This document shows positions 39,667-52,671 of a stretch of DNA of 64,000 nt, piece after piece. How positions within the stretch are numbered: position 1 is the first letter of the stretch; every line of letters begins with the position of its first letter. Origin of the DNA: Eledone cirrhosa (Eukaryota); NCBI GenBank assembly GCA_964016885.1, contig OZ024742.1, positions 241,304,001 through 241,368,000 on the forward strand. Reading direction: 5' to 3'. The translations under genes were made by a program, and so were the position numbers. The notes below the pieces were generated by a model. It searched no databases. It was given only the letters and a program-made list of their open reading frames with translations, and had not been told where the DNA came from.

Positions 39667-41407
39667 CACTGGGGAACATGATTTTTGCTGTCTGATGCTG
39701 GAGACATGCTTCCTAATAACTTTGGGCTGCTGATTTCAAAAATGAAATCCATTTCAATTTATTACGTCAAGAATTTTCCCAAACTCATATGTCCCCTTTT
39801 CAACATTTCCGGTATCGTCACCCTTTCTAAGGATAGATTTGATTTCATCAAATGCAGACTCATGCATAGAGCTTGATATAACCTTGAAAACATAGTCTTT
39901 CATTACCATTTAAAGTAGATGCAACTAAAGACGTGAAAACAAAAATCTTGATTTAAGTATCTTCAATAAATAAAAAGCATGAAGATTAAGTAACTTTCAC
40001 TATTTTCAATCTAATTAGTTTTAAATGTCATGATGACAAAAATTTCATTTATACAATTGTACGTTAATAAACAACTCAGTTTTGTGGTCCTTGACAACAG
40101 ACATGTCTCATATTTGTGGAATTTGCTGTATTTATCTACAGATATGCCCACGTTGTGTTTAATTTTGTGTGATTATCATTGCAAATCAGGTAAGACATGT
40201 TTTGTTGAACTTTTAAATATTTCGTATGAAAACAGGTATTTTGAATACACACTTAATGTTGTAATTGTGAGGTCACATGTGTCAAGGTCACTTTGGACAT
40301 TCTGTAACGGTAGAGGAAAACTGCGACAGTATGAAAATAGTGATTGAAAAGGTGCAATATGAGGAGCATAGCTAGACTACATATGGAAACTTGAAAATCA
40401 TTGGATTGCTTCTGGGTCTACAAGAATGTTATACTAATTATCCCTACTTTTTGTGTCTTTGGGATAGTCGAGCAAAAAATGACCGTTGGATAGGACAGAC
40501 ATGGCCAAACATAAGGGAGTTCAAACTTGGAGAGAAGAATGTTATAAACGGGCTGCTGGTTAATCCCAGGAAGGTTTGCTTCCCCTATTGCATATCAAGC
40601 TTTGGCTGATGAAGTAGTTTGTGAAAGCCTTGAACCAGGATGGTGACTATTTCAAACACTTAAGCAAAAAGATTCTTGTCGTCTTGGGAGAAACTTAATG
40701 CTGGTGTGTTTGACCAATCACAAATTAAGTGGATATTGCAGGACGAGTAGTTTTTGGAAACCATGACTGGCATTGAAAAAGAAGCATGGAATGAGTTTGT
40801 TGCGATTCTGTGTGATTTCCTCGGAAATAGGAAGTCGTCAAATTATGAACAACTTGTGCAGATCCTGTTAACCAGCTTTTGAGAACATGAGTGTAAAAGT
40901 GCATTTCCTGCACAAAAATCTGGACTACTTCCCTGAAAACCTTGGTGCAAGGAGAAAGATTCTACCAAGACATCAAGACCATGGAGTCTAGGTATCAAAG
41001 TAGGTGGAACACAAGCATGATGGCTGACTACTGCTGGTGTCTGCAAAGAGACTTTCGTGATGCAAGTTATTCACGTAAAGCAGCAAAGAGAACGTTCACT
41101 CCTTCAGTTGCTGAAACTCCAGTTTCATAGAATTATCTATCCTAAGATGTGTAATTAAACATTTCGTGTATATTTGTTAAACAATAAAATGTTAGTATTA
41201 GTCTTAGTTTCGTATTTCAGAATTGCATTCAACAATGAAGTTGACATTTTTTTTTTTATGTAAAAAAATAATTCTCGTTTAACAAAGAAATCTTGACATG
41301 ATAGAACAATGTTAAAGGTATTTCTGAACTCAGGATCACCGAATTAGACAGGGACAATTGTAAAAGGCAAGACATCTAAAAATACTTTCTAAAATGTTTT
41401 CCCAGTA
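39667..41407 (+). mobile_element. Chapaev3-like DNA transposon, internally deleted and decayed
   Basis: TAA flanks, termini CACTGGGGAACAT/ATGTTTTCCCAGTA; transposase remnants LKIIGLLLGLQ..YPYFLCLWDSRA, LHIKL, GERFYQDIKTMESRYQSRWNTSMMADYCW. Family name is from motif recall. Confidence 0.72.
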
Positions 41408-41627
41408 TAATGATTGGGTATCGATAGTGATATGTTGTAAACATCCGGTGAGATTGACGATTATATTTTCAGGTATATTTTAAACGAAATCGATTCACTC
41501 TTTAAATTCTATATTGACTGAGCAGAAGATGAGTTTGTTAATTCAAATGTTTATAGTATCTTTACTATTGGTTAGTTCCTTGTACAAATATTACAGTAAA
41601 TTAAATCAGCAGACTTAATTAATTTTT

Positions 41628-41740
41628 TCTACTTTTGGCACAAGGCCAGCAATTTCCCAGTGCATTACTGGTACTTTATTTTATCGATCCCGTAAGGATG
41701 AAAGGCAAAGTTAACCTCAGCGGGATTTGAACTCAGACCA
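41628..41740 (-). mobile_element. Family 1 SINE, 5'-truncated
   Basis: Body and tail match; flanked by a repeated AAATATTACAGTAAATTAAATCAG sequence. Confidence 0.8.
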
Positions 41741-42179
41741 TAAATATTACAGTAAATTAAATCAGGAGACTGAATTAATGCGATGCTATCATAGTGCTGT
41801 TTTGTACTTTTAAATAATGTTTCGTTAATCTGGTTTCATGTGGTAATGAAGTAAATGTTCTTTCATTAGCGTACTGTATCGTGTTATAACATCCTGTTAC
41901 AAGGACTGCTATTGCTTTCAGATGGATTTGAGAGAAAAATGACTATTCATCAAAGAAACATAATTCAAATTCCTTCAACATCTCTAGAGGCCGAGGAAAG
42001 AACGAAGAAATATGAATGAAATATGAAAGGAAATCTAGTAAATACATTCATACATCTATAGAGCTATATCTATCTGTAATTAACTATTACTCACACACAC
42101 ATACACACACAAATACACAAATGCCTATATACATAAAAATGACAACACACACATACACACATACATACATATATGTATG

Positions 42180-42216
<37 letters not shown>

Positions 42217-42366
42217 TTTGAGTATATGTTGGTTGTTTACCGACACCTCAGTATGCAGATTGGAGCACTCGACGAAGTACGCGGGTTGGTTTGGTTACCC
42301 CGTAGTAATGTAAAATAAAATAATTAAGTCAAATATTTAAAATTTGGCTTCGTTTATTAAAGATGT

Positions 42367-42421
42367 ACTGCTATATATATTTAGGTGACAGCCATTCTTG
42401 GCTGTGACCTCTTCAGGCAGT
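42367..42421 (-). ncRNA. Type I hammerhead motif in fold-back 42313-42555 (core G mutated)
   Basis: ACTGC-CTGAAGA-GGT.CACAGCCA/TGGCTGT.CACC-TAAA-TATATAT-A-GCAGT; the partial mirror arm at 42481 keeps GAAA. Confidence 0.7.
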
Positions 42422-43814
42422 CCGAATTGGTGTGGTAGAAACGGGTACACATGTTGTTGAAGTGTTTTACTCCGTCATTCTGTCACCGAAATTTATATAG
42501 CAGTTCATCTTTAATAACGAAGCCAAATTTAAAATATTTGATTAAATTATTTTATTGATATATATATATATAACAAAGAAGGTATGGTAAGATACCAGTT
42601 GGAAAATAACACACCAGAGTACTCGATACTTAGGATAGTAGAGTGGGTAATATGAAAAGAGTTAGGACCCCGACGTCAGAGCTCTGGCCGTTTCGACAGC
42701 TAGATCCGAACGGATCTAGCTGTCGAAACGACCGGAACTCAGCCGTCGGGGTCCTGACCTTTTTCATATATATACAGAGAGAAATAGAGAGAGAGAGAGA
42801 GAGGGGGGGGGGGAGATGGGAGCTACCAGTTTAGACTAGTAAGACCATGTTCAGTAAGTACTCAATAATTAGGAAAATAGAGTGTATAATAGCGAAAAGT
42901 TAGTGCGCGACGGCTGAGCTCATGCCGTTTCAACGTCAGCCGTCGGGCACTAATGTTTCACGACACATACACACACATATATATGTATATAACCTATTTT
43001 TAGAAGCGTTTAGCGAGCACGAAATTTGGATATTAAGTTAATTTGGAGTTAATAGCTTCGACGCCTGTTTTTTTTACTATATAAAAAAGTAGTCGAATAA
43101 GTTGTGCATATAAGCTCACATAGACGAAGAAAACTGGGCAGCATCACCCATGGGACTCGAACTTACACCTGCCGTAATGCTCAAGATATTAGAATAGTTT
43201 TCATAGTAAAAAAGCGTGCATATATATATATGTTAATCTCTCACGTCAATGTGTGAGCGTAAAGTTGCGTTATAAGTTGCACGAGCTTCTATATAAACGT
43301 AAACGTAATTGATATATAGTTTATGTATGGTTTCACTTGAATTTCCACAAACTAGTAGTTTCATAATCTGTGCTAACGAAGGCACACATTTTCCATTATC
43401 TCGAACTGCAAAAGCTAATTATCAGCCACGTTTAAACATCGTTTATGATTAGATTTTGTGCCTGGTCTAGCCAGCACAAACTATGGAACTACTAATTTTT
43501 TGAAATCCAATTAACACCATGTATTAATGCATACATACACATTTGATTCCGATCATGTGATCATAGTAGAGCACAAGTGAGAAATAACTGAATTTAAAAA
43601 AAAGGAAAAAAGCAACAAAACACAAAGAAAAGAGTCATTTGAATTGTGTAACAAGATGTATTTAGTCTTATAACATAGACAAATGTTTCAAGGCCGCGTA
43701 TATACTCGCTGTACCTCATAAAAGAAGTAACTAAGTTTTCTCTGATAAAACCTTGCGAATACATGGTTCACTGAAACATCGTGGCCACATTGCTAGTGTA
43801 TAAATAATTTATAA

Positions 43815-44013
43815 TTAGTAGAATCGATAGAGCATCGGACACTAAGCTTCGCGGAATAGTTACGTCCCTTTACGTTCTGAGTTCAAATCCCGTCGAGGTT
43901 AGCTTTACATTTCATTCTTACGGGCTAGATAAAATAAAGCACCAGTAACGCACTGGGGTCGATTTACTCAACTTTCTCGTCCCCCAAAATGCTGGCTTTG
44001 TGCCTATAATAGA
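43815..44013 (+). mobile_element. Family 1 SINE, longer variant
   Basis: Family 1 body plus GGGGTCGATTTACTCAACTTTCTCGTCCCCCAAAATGCTGGC before the tail. Confidence 0.82.
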
Positions 44014-44037
44014 AATAATAATAATAATAATAATAAT

Positions 44038-47000
44038 TGTTTCTTAATTGGCCACAAGGGCTGTCACGAAGAAAAACAGTAGAGACGGCACAGAACAGTA
44101 CAGGACGATACAAAGTGGGTTTTGGTCGTGTAAAAAGGTTATAACAAAATCGGGCTAGAAATCCAAAAAAACTCAAACAACAAAAATTCCCCAAGAAGGG
44201 GGAAACCTCCGAGGGTCACTCGTGGTGAAAACCACACAAAAGACCACGGCCACCCTGACCACCAGGGCAAGCGCCCTCTCTCACTTTTCCCACTCCTCAG
44301 TCTACAGGCTCATACTCAGAGTGGGTCCGTTCACTCGGACCAGACTCGCCACTTTCACCCACCTTTCAACAAACTTACTAGAAGACAGCACTTGCCTCTC
44401 CACCCTGATTTTCCTCTTCAAGTGAAACTTGAAAAAGTTAATCAGGGATTGGCCGGAGAGGAAAGTGTCCGTCTTCAACCCTTTCAACCTTGTACACCAC
44501 ACAATCCTTTTCGCCATGGTTACCAGGCAAATGAAAACTGCCTGCCCTTCCTCTTTTTTAAAGGAGGATGGCGGGGCTATCTGCACAATAGACTCAGTCG
44601 ATAACCGGATCCGTCCTACACGCAACAGCAGCTGTTCGACATAGCTCCACAAGTCAGCAATCCTCGGGCAGTGAACGAGAGCGTGCAGGATGGTTTCGTC
44701 GCCCTGCGCGCATCTCGGACAGGCTCGGCTGACAGCACCTCCGTGCCTGTAGAGCTTATCCCGAACTGGGAACGCTCCCCGGTAGCACTGCCAGGTGGGA
44801 TTTCTGGAAGCTGTCCATAGGCTCCAGTCTGAAAGTTCTCTTGAAGAGAGCGAACAGCTGATCGTCTTCGACGCCCAGGGTCTCAAGGAGACGAGCTGGG
44901 GAAAAGCGCGTCTGGCAAACGGCGACCACACCTGTTCACCGTCAAGGAAGCACCAGAGATGTCGCAGCCTCAGCGCATGTTTGCGCATCATCAGCCACGA
45001 CATGCCTAGTCCTCCACGCAACGGGTGTTGACAGCAAATGGCTCGTCTGACCATGGGAGCACGCCCCTTCCATAAAAAGCGGAAGAGAAGACGCTCTATT
45101 TTGGTCAGAGTTGGGCGGAGCAAGGTACGACGTTCAGGCGGTAGCACATGACGGACGCTATGTACGCATTCGCCACCTCCGCCCGACTTTTCAGAGACAG
45201 CCTCCTCTTGGCCCATTTCTGTGTGAGAGAGGCCACCCTGCTCGTCACCTCGTTCCAGTTTTTCTCCATCTGGAGGTCAGGACCGAACCAGACCCCGAGC
45301 AATTTAACCGCTCCTTCCGTCCAGCGCCCCACGACGCTGTCGGACGACATGGAATTGCCTCTCCAGGTGCCGAGTTGCAATCCCACCGACTTTTCCTGGT
45401 TTATCTTTGCTCCTGTCACTGCTTCGTATTCCTTGAGAGCGTTGCCGAGTATCTCAACGTATTTGGTGCTCGACACCACCACGGTGACGTTATCGGCGTA
45501 AGCTGACACGGATCTCCCGCATCTCAGTTCGCGTGGGACCCCCCTCATCGTCTCCAATTTGTGCAGTAACAGCTCTAGGGCCAGTACATACAAGAGGGAC
45601 GAGAGAGGGCAACCCTGGCGGACCGAGCGCATGATGCTGAAAGGCTGAGACAGGTGACCATTCACCTTCACAATCGAGCAGATATCGCTGTTCATCGCAG
45701 CTATCCAGTCACTAAAAACGGGCTCGAAGCCAGCCGCCTCAAGGGCCGCAGCCAGGTACTGATGGTCGACCCTATCAAATGCTTTAGATTGATCCAAGCT
45801 GATCAGGGCCCCACCCGTGACAGGTTCCTTAACCACCCTCTCTATGATGTATCGCATGAGATGGAGGTTGTCGTGCATGGATCTGTCCAGGATGGCGCAT
45901 GCCTGCGCCTCTCCCACCATATCACCGATGACAAGCGCCAATCTCTTTGCTAACACCTTGGCCAAAATCTTTAACTCTGCGTTTAGCAGAGTTATGGGCT
46001 TGAAGTTGTCTATAACGCCCCTTTGTTCGGGTCTTTTATCAGCAGAGCCACCGCACCCCGGCTCACAAAACTGGGAATGCTCCCGTTCTGTTGCCAGTTG
46101 CAGTAGACATCTGCCAAAAGGTCGCCGAACAAGTCTGGCATATACGCATAAAGCTTGTAGGGCAGACCATCCAAACGTGGCGATTTACCCCTCGTGCAGT
46201 CAGACATCGTTTCCCGTATTTCACCTGCTGTTATAGGCTTTTCGCAGCACTGCGCTGCGGTCGTCGAGAGCCGCGGCAGTCCGTCGAGATATGCAAAGAA
46301 GTCCATACTCCGATCCGGCCCTCCGCCGCTCTCGAACAATTGAGGAAAGTGCTGTTGAAAAGCCGCACACATCTGCTCGGGTTCGAGCAACATGCGCCCG
46401 TTTTGATCAGACAAAGACCGAATTGTGGACTTGTTGCCACGTCTCGCCTCCACCACCCGTGTCCATTGAACCGCTTTCGTCCCCGCGTGTCTTAGAGCAC
46501 GCGCTCTAGCTCTGACAACGCAGCCTTCATGCTTTGCGTTGAAGAATTGGTCGAATGCCAATCTCGCCGCAAGCACGTCGGTTGCGATGCCTGTCTTAAA
46601 CGCCTCTTCTAGCTTTCTAACTAACTCTCCCTCTACTCTATTTTCCTCTATCATTACTCCTTTGATAAACCTTATCGATTCTACTCTAATAGCCATTTTC
46701 AGGGTAAACGACCACCTGTTGTTGACGATCGCACCCGTCAACGCACGCTTAACTAATTCTCTAATCCGGTCTCTATAAGCTTTGCACGCCGGGAACGACG
46801 CGTTCAGCTTCCAGTAGCCGGCCTCTTGCCTATGGAGTCTATCTAAGTCAACTTCACAGATCACAAATTTGTGGTCCGTGAAGTCGACTACTTTAAATTG
46901 TGGACAACCTACACTAGCCTTATCTGTTTCCCTACAGAATACCCTATCTAAATACGATCTGGATGGCCCGATGCGGTTTGCCCAAATCCACATTGGCACA

Positions 47001-49227
47001 TTCGGATAATCCAGTCTTTACCTGTCAGACAGTTCAAAACGTCTGAGCAGGTTGTTGAGGCTTTTACACCCTCCTGCCCTGTCTACTAGCCCCACATAAT
47101 CCCAGCGTGCATCTAAGATACCGTTCCAGTCGTCCACTAACACTGAAGAGCGGGACGTTCCAAGAAAGGTCTCTAGACGTCTGAAGAAATCTGGCGGCCC
47201 TGCCCCTATTGGGGCGTAGACGGCTACTAGCCTGGAAGCATTGCCTTCGCTGCCTGTCACGTCCAGCACCACCGACTTACCTTCTGGGTCCAGGAAGATG
47301 GCGCGTATGGGGAGATCCAAGCCTCTCCGAAAAAGCACGGCAACCCCTCCCCCCGATCCTGGACGGCTGGGAGATGCGTATACATCGTTCGCCGAAGATC
47401 GGTGCTTCGGAGATTCTGGTCTTGCTGATGTCCACCACATCTATGTTTAGTGACCTGTGGTCGTTGAGCAAGTGACCCTGCTTCCAAGATGACCGCAGGC
47501 CACGTACATTTATACTGCGTATTCTAAGTACGGCCATGTTGGATGAGAAACGGGGTAAGTGAGAAAGGAATACTTACCTTGATCGTGTGGTGAAGGGACA
47601 GTAGAACCGTCCCTGTGCTGCTCTATGTGTTGTAGGAGTTCTTTATTTGGCATGTTTATGGCTGTGTACTTTTTGGGTGGAGGGCGATTTTGTTGCTGTT
47701 TTCTTGTTGTTGCTGTTGGGTGTGTGTGTTTTGTTGTGTTTGCGATGTTGGTGTTTTTCGTGATGCTGGTGGTGGTGTGGTTGTTGTTGGTGGTGATGCT
47801 TGTGGTAGTGATGGTGATGGTGGTGGTGTTGCTCCAAGGCGTCTTGCAGCCTTTACCCCTCTTTGCCTTCCTTCGCTTTTGGAGGGTGAAGCTAAGGGTT
47901 TTTTTGTTTTTTGTTTGTTTGTGGCAGACCGTTTGCCACTTCCCTCCCGCCTCACCCCCCCCATGTCGGACCCCGCGGTGTCCGGGAGGGACATGAACTC
48001 CACTGCTGTTGGTGGTGGTAGTGGAAACCACTTCGGCGATTTCACCGTCGCGGTAGATACTACGACTGTTGGTGTTGCCGCCACTGCTGCCGCTGCTTTA
48101 GTTGCCCGTGGCTTTGGTATGGGTGCCACGGACGTTACCATCCTACTCACCACGGAAGGGTCTTCTGCCTCTGTTTACTGCCCTGCTCTTGGTAGCAGCG
48201 GATCAGGCGTCGGAAGGAGGGGGGGGGGGCTCTTCTTGGATGTCTTCTGCGGGCAGAAGGCCCTGAGGTGACCCTTCTGCCCACAGAGATAGCACTTTGA
48301 GCGCCTTCCTTCCACGCTTATAGGGAGTTAGAGCCCTTCTTCGAGGTCTATGAGGTCTAGGATGGCTTCGATGCACTCCTGGTCAATTTGTATTAGCATT
48401 TGCATGCCTATTCCTGACCAGTTCTCTCTTCCCATTCTCTGTATTTGCAGTATGGTGGTCTTCTCCTCGATTCCAGCCAGTACAGACGTGGCTAGCCAAG
48501 GAATGGGCACGTCGGGCGGGACTTGGGTCACTTTGACCCTTGCAATTTTATGCCCGCAGTAGGAGGGCACCAAGACTTTCTCCTCACTCTTTTGGGTTTC
48601 CAAAGAGTGAGACTTCGCCTCTTGGGGGGTGGCGAAAAGTACGTCTACTGTCGCGTACTTTTTGCCTCGGGTGATGTGTGTTTTGCACGCCCTGACGTAC
48701 CCCATGGCCTTTTGGATTTGAGCCTCCGTGGCTCTCTCCACCCGATGTGACATTTTGCTTACGATGCGCTAAGTCACCGTGCGCAGTTGCTGGTCTTTGA
48801 AGAAATCGGGTGGAGGTTTCAGGGAAACTCTGTTGTCGTTTCTCGACACCATGGTTCTTGCGACTGCCATCTCCTCCTACGTGACTAGCACTGTTTCTAT
48901 ATTTCGAGCCACACCTGCGAAAGAAGTGGCCCCTTTTTCAGCGGCACCATTATTGCTGCCGCTACTTGTCTTGTTGTTGGTGCTTTTGCTGTTGCTATGG
49001 GGTCAGCCATGTTTTTTTTTAAAAACAATTTTTTTTAAAAACAATTTTTTTTAAAAACAATTTAAAAAAAAAGTAAAATGTTCAAATATTTTGGCCAAAA
49101 GGCTATCACATGGCAAAGTCTAAGGGCTTATATCCCTTACACAACAAGAAATATTTAACAAAAATTAATTTTAACAGGCAAATAAAGCGACTTACTGGGA
49201 GCGAGCAAAAAGCGTCCAAACAGACCG
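44038..49227 (-). mobile_element. Tx1/L1-clade LINE copy D, full length and decayed
   Basis: ORF1 remnants at about 47580-49010 with a CCHC knuckle near 48250-48300; ORF2 44302-47537 frameshifted (YADN); (ATT)n at both ends. Confidence 0.92.
44302..47537 (-). pseudogene. ORF2 of copy D, disrupted
   Basis: Fragments 47277-47537, 47018-47440, 46010-46999, 45105-45965 and 44302-45216. Confidence 0.9.
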
Positions 49228-49250
49228 ATAATAATAATAATAATGATGAT

Positions 49251-52200
49251 TTTATTTATTGGCCACAAGGGCCGACATGTAGGGGACAATACAAAGACAC
49301 GGACAGTGGGGGTTTCCAATAAGCTCGATTAAAAGTGCACAATGGCAAGACTTATTTAACAGTGAAGATAAAAAAAATATATAAAATAAATTATGCATAA
49401 ATATAACAAAATAAATTCCTCAATAGGGGGAGGGAGACAACCCAGGGGTGACTCAGGTACTCCACCAAACCTGAACCACCCTGCGTTTCTAGGGCACCCG
49501 GGGAGAGCACATCTCTCCTCATCAAATTATCCAGCCTATGGCCGCATGGTCAGAGTATACCCGCTCACACGGACCATACTCTCCACATTCATCCACATCT
49601 TAGCAAATGTTACGGGGGTTAGTACTACTCTCTCCACCCTCACCTTCCATTCCAGGAAGCCGGATCCGTTCTACACGCGACAACAGCTGTTCGACATAAC
49701 TCCACAAGTCAGTAATGATCGGACATTGGACAACTGCGTGCAGAACGGTTTCTTTGCTCTATGCGCATCTCGGGTAGGTCCGTCTGGCAGCATTTCCGTG
49801 CCTGTAGAGTTTATCTCGAACCAGCAGTGCCCCCCCCCCCCCCGGTAGCACTGCCGAGCGAGGGATTTGTGGAAGTTATCCATCGTCCCCGGCTCGAAAG
49901 TCCTCTGGAAAAGACTGGTCAGTTCGACTTCCTCGAAGCCCAAAGCCTATCCGAGTGCGTCATAGCACTTGCCCACCACTAATCCTCTATAGAACTCGAG
50001 AGTGGAAGTTCCACTGATCGCATTGCCCGCTTGGTAGTAGAGGGCAGTGAGTGCCTAGCAACATTCCAGGTGCCAGTCACCCAGTCTTGGTCTCTTCTTG
50101 ACCCAGGACTGCAGATGAACCGCCTCACCAACGGCACTTGTCCTCTCCATAAGAATTTGTAGAGGAGCCATTCCAGCTTGGCGAGGCGCGGACGGGGACA
50201 AGGCACGACGGACAGGCGGCATTCGCCACCTCCGCGCGACCTTTCAGTGATAGTTTCCTCGCAGCCCATTTTTGGGTGAGACTGGCTACCATGCTCGTTA
50301 CCTCGTCCCCGTTCTTTTCCACCTGGAGGTCTGGTCCAAACCAAACCTCAAACAATTTTACCGGTCCGTCCGTCCAGCGCCTCACGACGCTGTTGGACGG
50401 CATGGATTTGCCTTTACTGGTGCCAGGGTGCAAGCCCACCGACATTTCCGGATTAACTAACGCTCCTGTGAACCTTTCATATTCCTTCAATATTCCTCGA
50501 TTTCCGAGGGGTCCGACACCATCACGGTGATGTCGTCCGCGTAAGCGGACACAGCCTTTCCGCTTCCCGGTTCGAGTGGGATGCCCTGCAACAACTGCAG
50601 CTTCCACTCTAAAGGCTCGAGAGTCAATACGTACAGAAGGGAAGAGAGAGGGCACCCTTGACCGACCGATCGGGAGATCCGAGACGGTTTCGAGAGGTGG
50701 CCATTAACTTTTGACCACCGAGCAGATGTTGCTGTACATTGCAGCGATTCAACTTCTGAAGACAGGGCCGAAACCAACTGCTTTGAGGACAACCTCCAGA
50801 TACAGATGGTCTATCCCATCGAATGCTTTCGATTGATCTAAATTGATCAGTGCCTCACCGAAGCCAGGTTTACACCCTACCCTCTCTATAATGTATCACA
50901 TGAGGTGGAGGTTGTCATGTATAGACCTGGTTGGGATTGCGCAAGTTTGCGCCTCCCCAACCAAATCCGCGACGACAAACGCCAATCTCTTTGCTAACAC
51001 TTTGGCCAAAATCTTAAACTCTGTGTTGAGCAGAATTATGGGCCTGAAGCTGTCTAATGTATCCCTCTTGTTCTTGTCTTTCCTTATAAGCGTCACCAGT
51101 CCCCTGCTCACAGAACTGGGAATACTCTCATTCTGCTGCCAGTTGAAGTAGAGCGTTTCAAGGAGATCGGAGTACAAGTCTGGCATATTTACGTAAAGCT
51201 TGTAGGGCAGACCATCCAAACCGGGTGACTTGTGCCTCGTGCAGCCGACAAGGGCGTCCTCAATTTCGGATGTAGTAATCGGCCTTTCGCAGCGCTCAGC
51301 GTCGACCGTCGAGATGCGCGGCAAGCCGTCAAGGTAGGGACTGAAATCCGCTACTCTCTCTGACTCGCCACTCTCCCCAAACAACCGAGCAAAGTGCTGG
51401 AGAAAGGCCTCACACATCCCTTGGAACCGCTTATCTCGTGTCTGTCTCGTTCTGCCAAAGACCGAATTGTGGTTTTATTATCACGCTGCGCCTCCGCCAC
51501 GCGGGCCTATCGAACAGCTTTAGTTCCCTCGTTTCTCAGAGCACGCGCATTGGCTCTGAAAATATAACCTTCGTGTTTCGCATTAAAGAAATGGTCTAAT
51601 GCCATTCTCGACGCTAGCACGTCAGTTGCAATGCCACTACACATAGCCTCGTCTAACTTATTTACCAGCTCCCCTTCCTTTCTATTTTTCTCTAACGCTA
51701 CTTCTTTGCTAAACCCTATCGAAGTTACTCTAATGTCTCTTTTGAGAGCCCCCCACCATCTGTTGTTGACGATCCCCCTGTCAACTTTTGCTTAACTAAA
51801 TTGTTGACCCGGTCCCTATAAGCCTTATATGCCGGAAATGACATGTTCAGCTTCCAGAAACCAGATCCTAACCTACACGTTTTATCTAGGTCGACTATAC
51901 AGATCACAAATTTGTGATCTGAATAGGTGACCGTTTTAAAATGTGGGCAGCCTACACTATTTCTATCTATTTTCCTAATGAATATCTTGTATATATACGA
52001 TCTAGATAACCCCGTGCGGTTGGTCCACGTCCACACTGGTGCATTGGGGAAATTTAGTCGGTACCTGTGAAGCAGTTGGAACTGACTAATTCGTAGCTTG
52101 AAGCTTTTGCACCCCCGCTCCTATCAGCTACACCCACACAATCTCAGCGTGTGTCTAAGATGCCGTTTCAGTCCTCCGCTAACAGTAAAGGGCGAGACGC

Positions 52201-52449
52201 AGCCAGAAAAACTTCCAGACGCCTAAAGAAGTCCGGTCGTCTGGCCCCGGTAGAGGCGTAGACGGCTAGCAGTCTAAAGACACCACCTTCGCTATTGTTC
52301 ACATCCAGGACCACCAACTTACCGTCCGGGTCTCGGAAGATCGACCTTACCTCGAGATCCAGGCCTTTCCTAAACAGTACTGCTACCCCACTTCTCATTC
52401 CCGGCCTGCTAACAGATGCGAAGATCTGATAGTCGTCGAAAATGGGGGC

Positions 52450-52450
<1 letters not shown>
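49251..52450 (-). mobile_element. Tx1 copy E, 5'-truncated and decayed; same subfamily as G
   Basis: ORF2 fragments incl. SAYADD; 3'UTR closely matches 60200-60481; (ATT)n at both ends. Confidence 0.92.
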
Positions 52451-52498
<48 letters not shown>

Positions 52499-52500
<2 letters not shown>

Positions 52501-52600
52501 TTTCTTTATTGGCCACAAGGGCTGACATCAAGAAAAACATTACAGACGGCACAGGACGGCACAGGACGGTACGATGTGGGTTTTGTGCGTGTAAATATTT

Positions 52601-52602
<2 letters not shown>
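52499..52602 (-). mobile_element. Tx1 3' stub S3 (D-type 3' end)
   Basis: Matches 44040-44135; AATAAA present; (ATT)n on both sides. Confidence 0.85.
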
Positions 52603-52656
<54 letters not shown>

Positions 52657-52671
52657 TATTATTATTATTAT

